A stretch of 63,994 nucleotides of DNA, the filler included, from Octopus bimaculoides (Eukaryota), in NCBI RefSeq assembly GCF_001194135.2. It is 4 parts of 4 records of this genome, joined end to end, with 100 filler letters (N's around TTAATTAATTAA, not from the genome) between each part and the next. Parts side by side here need not be neighbours in the genome. Positions count along the whole stretch, not along the records: positions 1 to 27,532 come from NC_068986.1; positions 27,633 to 51,966 come from NC_068983.1; 2 more parts are not named here. One strand, 5' to 3'. Below the pieces are notes generated by a model. That model had not been told where the DNA came from, did not search any database, and saw only the letters and a list, made by a program, of their open reading frames with translations. The position numbers were made by a program, and so were the translations under genes. Numbering within the stretch: the first letter of the stretch is position 1; every line of letters starts with the position of its first letter. Shown in pieces: positions 14,329-28,429 of this stretch.

Positions 14329-14677
14329 NNNNNNNNNNNNNNNNNNNNNNNNNNNNNNNNNNNNNNNNNNNNNNNNNNNNNNNNNNNNNNNNNNNNNNNN
14401 NNNNNNNNNNNNNNNNNNNNNNNNNNNNNNNNNNNNNNNNNNNNNNNNNNNNNNNNNNNNNNNNNNNNNNNNNNNNNNNNNNNNNNNNNNNNNNNNNNNN
14501 NNNNNNNNNNNNNNNNNNNNNNNNNNNNNNNNNNNNNNNNNNNNNNNNNNNNNNNNNNNNNNNNNNNNNNNNNNNNNNNNNNNNNNNNNNNNNNNNNNNN
14601 NNNNNNNNNNNNNNNNNNNNNNNNNNNNNNNNNNNNNNNNNNNNNNNNNNNNNNNNNNNNNNNNNNNNNNNNNNNNN

Positions 14678-14724
<47 letters not shown>

Positions 14725-14929
14725 TTGTGTGTCTGTGTTTGTCCCCCCAGCATCGCTTGACAACCGATGCTGGTGTGTTTACATCCCTGTAACTTAGTGG
14801 TTCGGCAAAAAGAGACCGATAGAATAAGTACTAGGCTTACAAAGAATAAGTCTTGGGGTCGATTTTCTCGACTAAAGGCGGTGCTCCAGCATGGCCGCAG
14901 TCAAATGGCTGAAACAAGTAAAAGAGTAA
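14125..14929 (+). mobile_element. SINE family A copy whose internal (TA)n is expanded and spans an assembly gap
   Basis: 5' and 3' halves flank (TA)n-N349-(TA)n. Confidence 0.85.
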
Positions 14930-16559
14930 ATGTTATATATATATATATGCATATGTGAATATGTATATGTGTATAACTGCATATGTTTCTATGTGTAGTC
15001 ATATGTGTCTTTGTATTAATGTGATTATATTTGTGTTTATATGAAGGTATGAATGTGTGTATAAAATACATATTCATGGTTTTGTAGACACATGCATGGC
15101 CATGTGGTTAAGAAGCTTGCTTCTCAAACCTGTGGTCTTGACTTCAATCCCACTGCACAACACTTGGGCTACTATTGTCCCAGGTCAACAAAACCTTTGG
15201 TAGACAGAAATTGAAAGAAACTCTTCACGCATGCACGTGCATGTATGCATGCATACATGCTTGTGTGTATATTTGTCTAAACATTGCATGATGTTTGTAA
15301 ATAAGCATCACCATCATACAAATGATGTTGTTCATTTTCAGTCCTTTGTGAAAAACACTTAGGTCATGAGGAAATATTCCCTTGATTGGAAACAAGTAAA
15401 AGTTGGCAACAGGAAAGGCATCTAGCTATAGAAAATCTGCCTCAAAAAATTCTGTCTGATCCATGCAAGCTTAGAAAAGTGGATATGAAACAATGATAAT
15501 GACATGTGTTACAAAGAATTTTGTACTTAGCTTTTTAAGATGAGTTGTTTTTGATAAGATTATAAATTTTGTTGTCCATTAACCTCATCTTTTAAGTATA
15601 TTTCCAATATTTATATTTATACTACATTAGGATTCATTCAGACCTTGATTGTCATCAGATGTCTTACTCTGAAATATATCGATCATTCCTGACAGAATTC
15701 AAACTAGGAACCTTTTATTTTAAAAATAAGTGTATTTAGAAGATTATAATTTTTGTTTTCAGAGTGTCTGCATCATCCTTTAGAGATGAACCTCTTTTTA
15801 ATATATTTATATATCTAAGAGGGCAAGCTGGCAGAATCTTTAACATGCCAAGCAAAATGCTTAGCGGTGTTTTGTATGTCTTTTCATTCTGAGTTCAAGT
15901 TCTGCCAAGGTCAACTTTGCCTTTCATGGGGTCAATAAAATAAGTACTAGTTGAGCACTGGGGTTAATGTAATCAATTTATCCCCTCCCACAAAATTTCT
16001 GGCTCTGTGCCAAAATTTGAAACCAATATATTTATATATCTGCCTTGTGTGCCAATCAGTATGATTTCAAATAGTTGTTAGGCATATTATTCTTAGATAC
16101 ATCCATAATTCCATACTGGATTTAAACTAGGACTGTTATTTCTAAACAGCATAATGATGAACTTGTTCAGTAGGCCTCTGGCACATTGTTCAAATCTAGT
16201 CTGGCATTATGCATATATATATATGTTAAGGGATGATATACCTGATAATGATGAGAGATGAAATCAAATGAAATATAATGTCATCATCATCGTCATTTTA
16301 ATGCCCATTTTCCCATACTTGTACAGGTCAGAAGAAATTTATTAAGACAAATTTTCTTCAGTTAGATGCCCTCCTTGTTCCCAAGCAAGGTAATATTTCC
16401 ACATGGCCAGATATGTTTTTCAGATTATTGGAAACTAGCAGAGATATCCGGTGTTGTTTGGGATTAAAATGGCATTGTTTGTATATATACATCACAGTTA
16501 TGTTGAAAGAAGTGATATGGGAAAGTGTAGCATTGGCGACAAAACATTTGTGGAGTAAA

Positions 16560-17261
16560 TAATGGGCTAATTCGACTAAGCAACATGTCATGCATTTGCT
16601 TGGAATATTCCAGGCCCTAACCTATCGTGGAAAATTGGAGGTGGTGGGGTATGTGATTTTTGAATGCACTGCAAAGCTGTTAGTGGATATATTCTCCTTT
16701 ATAGTGGTCAGTGCAGCGTCTAACATGATCCATCGTCTGAAGTTTTGACACCTCCTTTGAGTTTGTTGTTCCACATCACTTGTAAAGTAAATTTTGAGGA
16801 TGTTCCTTCTGTATTGAGACTCCATCTGATGTGCTGCAGCATGCCTTTTCTGATCTTGGGAAAGTCTCATCTTGCTTCTAGACTCCATTTAAATTGCTGC
16901 AGCATGCCTTTGCTGATCTTGAGAAAGTCTCATCTCACTTCCCTCTTAATATAAATCATTCATTTTTTTAATATAATAGAAATAAGATGATCTTAGTGTT
17001 ATCACATTAGAATTAAAAGTGAAAGAATAAAAGTGAAACAATATTATATCACATTACAATAAAGCTCTTATTCTTTCACTTTTGACACATAATACTGAAC
17101 CAGTGGCGTTGTTTTATTGTTTTAATCCAAATGAAAAAAAAAATTACATGTTAACACTCACGGAATCTGATACTATTACCTTGTAAAATTTGATGTGATT
17201 TGGCCGAGCCATTTGAGAATGCATAGGGAACAAACAGACAGACAAGAAATTTTATATAGAT
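16560..17261 (-). mobile_element. Helitron relic: 5' terminus plus N-terminal repeat region of Rep/Hel
   Basis: Minus strand starts A|TCTATATAAAATTTCTTGTCTGTCTG (Helitron-type 5' end). A 63-bp direct repeat (16817 and 16880) encodes RLSQDQxRHAAA..MES, typical of Helitron N-terminal repeats, followed by a decayed MTCC motif. A second similar 5' end lies near 18066. Confidence 0.5.
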
Positions 17262-19043
17262 AGATACATGATTGACACTGCTTGTATAACATTCATTTAC
17301 AACTATATGGTGATCTCAAGGCAAGGAGACATACTTACACAAACACACACACACACACACACTCTCTCTCTCTCTCTCTCTCCCTCTCTCTCTCACACAC
17401 ACGCGCACATGCACATATACAAAGGGCTTCTTTTAGTTTCCATATACCAAATCTCTCACAAGACTTTGGTTGGCCTGGTGTTATACTAAAATATGCTTGT
17501 CCAGTATCTTCAGAGAACTAGAGCTATTAATTTCCAAACATTTAACACTTCATTCAATACTAGATTAAAAGCCGTGGGTCTGTGGTCCAAAACTAAAGAA
17601 AGCTAAATAGCATGATTATAATACGTCTATAGTGACTATATGCCCTGGTGGTGTTTGATCTGAGGTTAAGGATGAGTGAAAATTAATTCTGTAATGCAAT
17701 CATTCTATTGTTCTAGTCCCAAGTTGAATTCCAACTATTGGCCAATTTGTCCCAAACTTCTTATCTCTTACACAAAAGTAACCAAGCAAATGTCATTTTA
17801 TCTTCCCCTTGTTCTCTGACATCATCTGACAAATGTCATGCAAGATGGCATGAATCAGTGAAGCTTTACCTGCTAGAAATAGCAACCCAAATGCTCTTAA
17901 ATAAGATCTCAATGCTGGATGCTCAAGAACCAAGTGAACGGCAGATTTACAATCCCGGGATCATCCTGATTCCAAAAATGTATAATATGTCTATGTAGAG
18001 CAAATGTAGACTGAGATACAGTGGTCCCAGATGGACATACAGACTTTCGCTTTTATTAATATAGATATACATATTCTAATAACAATAGTATTGTCATTAT
18101 CTGCTAAGTCACAATTAGTTTAAAAATAAAGTTTTTTTGTTTGAGTCCTGTTTGGTATCTTGCCTGTATCTAGGAATAATACAATTGATAAAGATCCAAG
18201 ATTGAAATATAGTATAGTATAATATAGTATAGTAAATATATACATGAGGTAAATAATGGAGAAAATTGTAATCTTAACTACATTAATTGTTGTTACTGTT
18301 GTTGCTGTTTAGCCTTAGGTCAGACCTGATCAAACAGATCTGTAATCAAATAATGAATTGTAGCTGTTGCTATGCAATCCTTTTTTGCATCATTGTCTAT
18401 ATTATCTAAATTGTACTTCTCCTTCGAATCATACTCAAGTATGATTTGAAGATTTAACTGCTTTTACCAGATCACTTACTGTCTAGAGGCAATTTTTTTT
18501 TTGTTGGTTTATTTAAAATGGTAGTATGTGTAATTTGAGGGATATTTAGCTGCTATTTCTCAAAGGTGATGGGGGGATGGTATTATGAGATTTGAAGCAG
18601 TTTATGGGGTAGTTTTAAAAGAGTATCTGCTCTCAAAAACTAAATTGCATCAACTATTCTTTTACATAATTTATTTCATTGAATGTGTGTGTGTGTGTGA
18701 GTGTGTACACTGACAGTTTTATCTCATCATCATCATCATCATCATCATCATTATCATCATTGTGTTGTTGTTTGCTTCCCATCAAAATGCAAGGACTTGA
18801 AGTTCCTTTCCCTGTTCCCTACCAGTATCTGGTCCCATATGTTGAGAAGTCAGGCTGTTCCTGTGGGTTGGTGGGGGCTCAACTCATAGGGAATGTATAT
18901 CTTACTGTCTAAGTATGTCTGTACTTTTGAAATGTTGCAGTAGAAAGTGACTTGGAGTGTCTGTGTGGGCCTTACAGAGAGTAAAAGTTCTGAAGTATGC
19001 ATTAAATAGGAGAGCGATTTGTTCCATCATCATCATCATCATT

Positions 19044-19094
<51 letters not shown>

Positions 19095-19714
19095 GTCATT
19101 ATTGCTAACAATATTTTGGAATTTTTTTTTTTTTGCTCACATGCCTTGAGCAGGTCTATTGTTGCACCACCCTATATTTTGTCATTTCAAGCAGCCATAG
19201 ATCTTCTCCTGCCCCTCTATCAAACTTAAACTGTTCAACATCTGGCATAAAGTCACCTCCCCACCTTACTAGACCCCTACTCAGTTGGAAGGGCTTTTTC
19301 TTTGTCTTGGAAGTTGTTTGGTGGCCCCACTTTCACAGTGACATGCAAAAGTGGTTGGTGTTAAAAAGGAGGGCATCCAACTGTAGAAACCAAGTCAAAA
19401 GGCCATTGGAGCTGAAAACAGTCCTGCAATTCATTGGACCTTATCAAATCATCCACCCCCATGCTTGCATGGAAGATGGATGGATGATGATGATGATATA
19501 TATACATATATATATATATATTAATTTAAATTTACAAAGCAGAGAAAGAATACTCAATACATATTGTAGTGATTATTAGTTTAATACATATAATCTTCCT
19601 TTATCTACTCTGAGTTTCCTGTTTACATTTTTTTTTTTTTACAGTAACTAAAAAGCAGAAGCAGAAAGCTCAAAATAACGATGGAAGGAAGTCTCAGTTT
19701 CATTTGTGTGTGTA

Positions 19715-19760
<46 letters not shown>

Positions 19761-20346
19761 AATTGGATAAATGTGATGCACTTTGCCAGTAGATAGCTAG
19801 ATCGTTTAATTAACTGATTAATTGTTTCCAAATTTCGAAGAAATATTGGAAAATTGCCAAGTTTAGGATCTGTGTTGAGTACATCCTGAATCTATTAATG
19901 GTATCCATGTCAATCATTACTCCTGTTCACCTAATTTCTCAGTAGTTCATAACTGGATTCGAGTCCAGCATTCTAAACTAATGAAATTACTTGTCAGTTA
20001 TAATACAGTAATCGTTTCTGCTTACAGCAGGAGGCATCCTCCCAGTGTTACTAATGTGTAGGCTAGGTGGCCTGAGTCATTGCCATGGATGCAACACAAT
20101 GCTAGTAATAGGATTTGAAGCTTTGGTCTTGATGTCAGTTGACTGTGATCTTACTAAGTCAGTCAGTTATAATATACAGATTGGAAGATGATTAGATAAC
20201 TCGATAGAATGACAGATAGGCAAAGAAACAGATTAATATATGTGTAGACAGATACAGATAAATAAAGAGCTAAACATATGAGTGGATAGAAAGACATATA
20301 AGTAAGTGGATAGATAGATAGACTGTTAGATAGATGGATAGGTAGG

Positions 20347-20378
<32 letters not shown>

Positions 20379-20639
20379 CAGACAGATAGACAGATAGATA
20401 GATAGAGAGAAATATACATACTGACATGCATACATACATACAGATAAGTATACATATCTACATACATACATGCATACATAGACTTTGCACACATACCTTC
20501 CTATTTATCTACCTACTTACCTACCTGCCCACCTAAACACACACACACACACACACACACATTTTGTATTTGTTATAATGATAACATTCACATTAACAGC
20601 AACACTGATAGGATTTATGTGAGATGAAATGATGATGGT

Positions 20640-21830
20640 AAAGCATAAGGCCAGTCGAAACAGCTTTTGAATGTCGCATTATATCACTCAGGCAACACCT
20701 GCTGAACAGTAAAGAAAGAAATTAGTACATTCCACACATACTCAAAGGTGAGAGCAACAACATCATCAGAGCTGGAGAAGAACTACTGTGCAGATGTTCT
20801 GAGAATACAACTGTCTCATACAACCCAAAGGAGGCTGGACTGGCTTACCTAAACAGAAGCTTGGAGGAGAAGCAGGTATCATACCAGCAAAAAGCAATTC
20901 ATGAGTACACATCATCATCATCATCATCATCATCGTTTAACATCCGCCTTCCATGCTAGCATGGGTTGGACGATTTGACTGAGGACTGGTGAAACTGGAT
21001 GGCAACACCAGGCTCCAATCTAATTTGGCAGAGTTTCTACAGCTGGATGCCCTTCCTCTAAACTAAAGGATAACAACAGCTTTGACAGGAAGAGTAGCCT
21101 CTCCTGGACCTGTGATAGTTTCATTACATCCCACCTAGAAGGATATGTCTTCACTATCCAGGAACAGGAGATAGCTACTAAATACCTGATAAACAAGAGG
21201 GTCAAAGATGCCATCAAACCTCCACATTGTGATAGAAAATGTCAGCCTGGAGGAAATCACTACGTCAGCAACAACAGCTGCCCCAAAATGTATATAAGAT
21301 ACTACCTGCCCCTAGGCATGACAGTTGGAAAGTCTATTTACAATGCTATCTGCTGGAACACTTGCCCTGATGTATACATCAAAGGCATGTCAGAACCAGC
21401 ATGTATTCATACCTTTAAAAGTAAAGAATACTGGTAGAACACTCCAATAAAAACATCAATTCGGTGCAACCATAACAGATCTGATATTGTTCTTTGGGAC
21501 AGGGAACAAAAGTCATGCTGTCCAGTGGATGTATGTGTAGCATCTTTAAAAGTTCAGGAAAAAGAGAACATTTATAGTGAATTAATATGGAACCTACAGC
21601 TCTTATACCCTGATTATAAATTTTCATAGGTTCAATGCATTAAGCTATAAACATACAAATTTACACAAAAACGTAGAGATACTAAGTTTTTTGAAGAAAG
21701 CAAAAGAAACTAATTTAGGTTCTCCAAATCCAATCTATTAGTGGCATTGTGTAGATTTGTAAGTCATTCCAAAGATTTTCCATCTGAGATTCTTTAGGTG
21801 AATAGATGCACATAATTAGGTGTGCATTGA
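20640..21830 (+). mobile_element. Degenerate R4/Dong-type LINE 3' part, interrupted by an RTE 3'-tail insertion at ~20905-21058
   Basis: ETAFECRIISLRQHL, HLEGYVFTIQEQEIATKYL, decayed CCHC and RHD, HNRxDIVLWD; same family as 54.3-55.9 kb. Confidence 0.75.
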
Positions 21831-22298
21831 CAGCTCAACCAACACAGCAACTCAACCACATGTTTACAAACACTGGGAACTCTTAACTCCAAAAGTATTG
21901 TCGCTTTGTTAGTGACCGGCTTGAACTCTCTTAAGAAGAACTTAAATAAAGGTCAAAGAAAGACACACACACCCACACACAAACACATAGATATCATCAT
22001 CATCATCATTTAACGTCCATTGTCCATGCTGGCATGGGTTGGATGGTTTAACCAGGGCTGGTAAGCTGAGGGGCTGCACCAGATTCCAGTCTGATTTGGC
22101 ATGGTTTCTATGGCTGGATGCCCTTCCTAATACCAACCACTTCGAGAGTGTAATGAGTGCTTTTACATGCCACTGGCACGAGTGCCAGTTGTGTGACACC
22201 AGTATCTACAATTTCACTTGGCTTGATGAGTCTTCTACTCAGGCATGACATATTGGCCATTTGTCATTGCCTCTGTGAGGTACAATGCTCAAAGAGTG

Positions 22299-22347
<49 letters not shown>

Positions 22348-22539
22348 ACACTCTCTGAGTGGTTGGCGTTAGGAAGGGCATCCAGCTGTAGAAACTCTGC
22401 CAAATTTAGATTGGAGCCTGGTGTTGCCATCCGGTTTCACCAGTCCTCAGTCAAATCGTCCAACCCATGCTAGCATGGAAAGCGGACGTTAAACGATGAT
22501 GATGATGATGATGATATATATGTATATCATCTACAATAT

Positions 22540-22920
22540 TATAATGCCGGAATGATTGTCCCAATGGCCATGCCTAAGGCACACCATAACCAGAGTGTAT
22601 CCACACCTTTAAAAATATAGAACACTGCTGGAGTATTCCAAGAGGTTGGCTGCCTGGTGGATGTGAACATAATGCCAAAAATTGGGGGAAAGCAAAACAT
22701 CTAGGGAGAACTAATGGAAAATCTACCCTTCCTTATCTCCTGGTTATAGATTTGCATTTGTGCCTGTTATCGTAATTGTACTGGGCAATGTAACAACAAA
22801 TCTGCATTAAAACCTAGAAACGCTGAGATTCGTCAAAAGAGAACAGAGCAAACTGATTTGCATTCCTCAAATACAATCAATTAGAGGCATAGTAAGAATT
22901 TGTAAAACATTCTCTGTTTG
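22540..22920 (+). mobile_element. Degenerate R4/Dong-type REL fragment
   Basis: Nucleotide similarity by eye to 21300-21800 and 54640-55050. Confidence 0.5.
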
Positions 22921-23879
22921 ATGTTCCAGGTCTGAACACATGCACGCAATTACATGGAATATGGAATACATGCACTCACATATACATATAGAACACACAC
23001 ATATAAACACTAATGATATTCATATATGCTACATGAGTGCAAATTTATTCACACACATTTGTATGTACACTCATACACATATGTATACACACGCTATTCA
23101 ATTCAGATATCCGCAGGTTCCCAAAGCTGTTTTGACTCTTTTAAGTCAAAGGTTATTTTGGAATTAAAGCCGTTTACTTAGTGATCAACTTTAATTCTAC
23201 TAGGGAAATAAAAAACTTAGATATATCCCAGAGAAAAATATACATGCATGCATGCATAAATAAGTAATTGGTTGGATGGATATGTAGAAAGATAGAAACA
23301 TTGCTCGATTGTTGGACAGGTAGAAAGATAGAGCGACAGAGAAGTAAATTCTAAATTTGTAATTTCGGCACGTGAAAAGACATTCGAGCGAGATCGTTGC
23401 CAGTGCCGATGGACTGGCTTCTGTGCAGGTGACACGTAAATTACACCATTTTGAGCGTGGCCGTCGCCAGTACCCGCCCAACTGGCCCTCGTGCCGGTGG
23501 CACATAAAAGCACCCACTACACTCTTTGAGTAGTTGGCGTTAGGAAGGGCATCCAGCTGTAGAAATTCTGCCAAACCAGATTAGAGCCTGGTGTCGCCTC
23601 CTGGTCCACCAGTCCTCAGTCAAATCATCCAACCAATGCTAGCATGGAAAGCAGACGTTAAATGATGACGATGATGATGATGATATCTGTAAAGTGGTTG
23701 GCATTAGGAAGGGCATCCAGCTATAGAAACCAAGCAAAAACAAACTATGGAACCTCGAGCAGCCCCCTGCCCAGCTGTCTAACCCATGCTAGCATAGGAA
23801 ATGGACACTGAATGTTGATGATTATATCAACAATAATCTTTCCTAATGTATGTCAAGATAGTAAACATATGGGTAGATG

Positions 23880-23910
<31 letters not shown>

Positions 23911-24906
23911 CTTACTATACACAAATACTCACTAACGTAGTTGCCAATGAGTACCGAATAAACACTTCATTACATTTCCTTCCACTTAACAAGTACCAAA
24001 ATATTCAACTGCTTACCGACACACACAAACTCAAAAATAAACACACACACACACACATTCACACACACACATACACACACACAAACAAGCCTACTTTATT
24101 ATGCAATTATCATCCCCACCCCCACTTGTTCACATATAAACACAGTTTTATGGTTTTGTAGGTAGGTTAGCAACATAAACTCATACATATGGTGATGATA
24201 ATCTATATCATATTATATTACATTATAATTAACCTATATTTTAAATTTTGTTACCATTTCATGGTGTGCTACACATTGAGCAGTTCTTGGATAGTTCCAA
24301 TAAAATAACAGTTTTTCTAAGAGAGGAAGTCCCTAAGCTCTTGCTCAACCTTTCTCCATTTCTGGAGAAAGGAATGCAGTGAGAATGCATCTACAACCTT
24401 TCTAATGACGAAATGTAGTTGATTCCAAAAACAAGAGAAACTGACCCCAGCACTTGATTGATACACTATTGATCCCAGGAGGGTAAAAACAAAGTTGACT
24501 TTGGTGAGATTTGAAATTGGAGTGCAGAAAATGAGAGGAAATACCTCAAGGCATTCTGATTGTGCATAAGTCTACTAGATATGTAGATAGATAGATAGAT
24601 AGATAGATAGATACAGAGAGAGAGTGTGTGTGTGTGGTGTGAATCTATATATACATTGCCATAATAAATCTGTTTATGAATCCTATTATGTGTGTCTGTA
24701 TATATATATATATATATATATAGTCAATAGTTCGTATATCTATAGAAGAAGCAGACTCTAGTACATTAAGGCAGTAAAATATATTTTAAGCCAAGGTCGA
24801 CTTTACCTTTCATCCTTTCAGGGTTGATTTAATCGACTGGCCCCCTCCCCCAAAATTTTGGACCTTGAGCTTAGAGTAGAAAAGAATATATATTTTAGGA
24901 AGTTAG

Positions 24907-24997
24907 TTGATTGTTATGGCCAGTCAGGGAGTGACCATTGATTTTGCTTTATAGGTGCAAAGCCAATGATCACTCTCTAACTGGACATAACAATCAA
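24907..24997. other. 91-nt near-perfect hairpin (34-bp stem)
   Basis: ttgattgttatggccagtcagggagtgaccattg pairs with caatgatcactctctaactggacataacaatcaa. Confidence 0.8.
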
Positions 24998-25312
24998 CAC
25001 ACACATATCATGAAAATTGGGACATTCAGTGCTTCACATTGATCAGCAGATTTATCTTGGGTGGTAATCTTCAGATTGATCTAACATTGAGAGAATGGAA
25101 ATCATGTTTATGAATAGTGTGGGTGGAAAATTTTGCACATGCACATATGCCCCCTCCCCACGCACACACACACACACACATGCACATACACACAACTCTT
25201 CTCTGAAGTGGCATATAAACTTTAGAAATTTTTTACTTAACCTTAGATTTTTTCTAATGTTGATAACTAAATTTTTTTTATCAAACACAAGTCATCACTA
25301 GTTTCTTTGAAT

Positions 25313-25343
<31 letters not shown>

Positions 25344-26880
25344 GTGGCGGGTGGGGGGTGCAGAATAGTGTTATCATCATCATCGTCTAACGTCCGCTTT
25401 CCATGCTAGCATGGGTTGGACGATTTGACTGAGGACTGGTGAAACCAGATGGCTACACCAGGCTCCAATCTGATTTGGCAGAATTTCTACAGCTGGATGC
25501 CCTTCCTAACACCAACCACTCTGAGAGTGTAGTGGGTGCTTTTACGTGCCACTGGCATGAAGGCCAGTCAGGTGGTACTGGCAACGACCATGCTCGAAAT
25601 GGTGTATTTTATGTGCCATGCACAGGAGCCAGTCCAGCGGCACTGGTAATGAACTCACTCGAATGTCTTTTCACCTGCCACTGGCACAAGTGCCAGAAGG
25701 CGATGTTGGTTATACCTATATGCATTTCGTGTGAGTGTATAATGTCTATTTGTGAATGTGTGTGGCTATTGAACGGATATGGGAGTTGGGAGTAAATTCA
25801 CACATGAATGGATAAAACTTTGTACACAATGCATCAATATCACTTTTACTGGTTTTTTTTTCCATAAAGTAACAAAAATAAATTTTAAGCACATAAAAAA
25901 ATGAATGACCTAAAATACCAAAAATAATTATTGGGACCAAAAACAAAAGGATAATTTCTAAACTCACAACAATCAAATCAAATAAAAAAAAAATAACAAA
26001 ATAAAAAACAAGCAAACATGATCATGAACAGAATTGTTAAGTTATTTATGCATGGTACAACAAACGGCTGCTGTTTTAATTGTTTACAAGTTTCTGACTG
26101 GCATCAAAAACAGGTCAGTCTTGTAGATGAGCTGGTTTAAATTATTTAACATAGCTGCTGGCTGGCGCTATTGTAGTTTTGCAGTCAATTTTAGAATAAT
26201 AATCCTCTTTCCTCTCATTCTCTCTTTATCTCTTTCTTTCTCTCCTCCCTTTCAATTATGACAGAAAAAAAAAGTTCAATCTTTGTTTACATCTAGGTTG
26301 CTTTACTGCAGGTTTAAATCATCATCTGTACTTGATTGGTCCCTTGTTTTATTCATCCCTGAATAATGAAAGGCAAAATTGACCTAAGTGGGAATTGAAC
26401 TCAGAATGTAAAGGACTGCAACTAAATATTTCGAGCATTTTGTATGATGCTCTAATGATTATGTCAAAGATGCCATTCCTCATTAACATATGTAATACAT
26501 GAACCATTAAAAAAGCCAACTAGAAATAACTGCTGTTAGGAGAAAAAAAGCAAAACAATAGGTCAATGAGTAAGGGAGACAACTTAAGAAATGTTTTGAC
26601 CTTATTCTGACCTCCTCAGGGAATCATGCATTTATTTGTACTTACTGAAATAGCAATAAAAAAAAATCAGTAATTAAATGTGCATGATTCTTAGCAGCTA
26701 AAATAATCTTAAAATGTATCACCCTACCATCTTAAAAAAAAGAACACATTGGATACATTATGTCTGAGAAAACAGATGGAATGGTCATTATTACAATACC
26801 TCTTATCATAGGTCTGCTAGATCATGGTTGAATTGACGGCTAAACAACAGCTCAGTCGTGCACACGCACGCATGCATGCA

Positions 26881-26925
<45 letters not shown>

Positions 26926-27191
26926 ACACACACAGGTGTTAGTGTGTGTATGTATATATATGCATAAATACATTTTTTTAAAAATGTTAATTCAAAGATA
27001 AGAATTAAAACACCTACCTATATCATTTCCTCTTGAATGTTGGAAGCAAACACACAACTATACAAATGTCTGCATATATCTATATGAGTATATATTTGCA
27101 TTCACATGTATAGTATATCAATAGAAACACATATATGTGTAATATATACAGATACATATACATGTACATAGATGTATAGATATATATATAT

Positions 27192-27532
27192 ATGAAATCG
27201 TTCAAGCGGGATCGTTGCCAGTGCTCCTGGACTGGCTCATGTGCGGGTGACACATGAAATGTTTCGAGCGGGATTGTTGCCAGTGCCCCTGGACTGGCTC
27301 ATGTGCGGGCGACACATGAAATCTTTCGAGCGGGATCGTTCCCAGTGCCCCTGGACTGGCTCATGTGCGGGCGACACGTGATATCTTTCGAGCGAGACCG
27401 TTGCCAGTGCCCCTGGACTGGCTCTTGTGCGGGAGACACGTGAAATGTTTCGAGCGAGATCGTTGTCAGTGCCCATGGACTGGCTCATGTGCGGGAGACA
27501 CATGAAATCTTTCGAGCGGGATCGAAGCCAGT
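27192..27532 (+). repeat. 62-bp minisatellite, 5.5 units, running into a scaffold gap
   Basis: Units start at 27192, 27254, 27316, 27378, 27440 and 27502; no spacers. Confidence 0.95.
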
Positions 27533-27632
27533 NNNNNNNNNNNNNNNNNNNNNNNNNNNNNNNNNNNNNNNNNNNNTTAATTAATTAANNNNNNNNNNNN
27601 NNNNNNNNNNNNNNNNNNNNNNNNNNNNNNNN
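27533..27632. other. Artificial scaffold spacer N44-TTAATTAATTAA-N44 (also 51967-52066 and 62700-62799)
   Basis: Three identical 100-bp blocks carrying a six-frame stop linker. Confidence 0.95.
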
Positions 27633-27832
27633 ACAACAATGGTTTCAAATTTTGCCCAGCAGGGAGGGGTTAAGTTGATTACATAAATTCCAGTGCTCAA
27701 CTAGTACTTAGTTTATCTACCTCAAAAGGATGAAAGTCGACCTCAGCAGAACTTGAACTAACAATGGAGAGATTGACAAAATGCTGCTAAGTATCTTGCC
27801 CGACATGCTAATGACTTTGCCAGTTTGCCACC

Positions 27833-27910
<78 letters not shown>

Positions 27911-28349
27911 TAAAATAACAGAAATTATAGGACACAAACTCAAACCAAAGACAAAGTGTAAGGAGAGAAGCCAACCATTGGAACTGTATGAGATCCACCC
28001 ATAGTTCTTCAAATCATTAATTAGAACCTAATGAATCAGCTATATAACTTAGAAGACAGGTACAATATGAGAGGAAGAAACAGGGTCCAATTGCAAGGAA
28101 CACAGGAATGATAAGATGTTGGTGAATATCATACAAGCAGTCTGCCAACAGCTAAAACTTAAGCTACAAAGAGATATGGAGTTCTCAGGTCATCCAACTG
28201 TGAAGACATTCATAGGGGACAATATGAAAAATTGAGGAGGAAACAGAAAGACTATTGAAAGCTTGTGGATACCTAAAGTTATAGGTAGTAACTCGCAACC
28301 CATATAAATCCTATCAAAAATAAGACTGAACCTAAGTCAAATCAATAAT

Positions 28350-28417
<68 letters not shown>

Positions 28418-28429
28418 TGATGATGATGA

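Noticed and set aside
27192-27532. CRISPR-like array
   Set aside because: Contiguous 62-bp units with no unique spacers, no cas genes, eukaryotic context.
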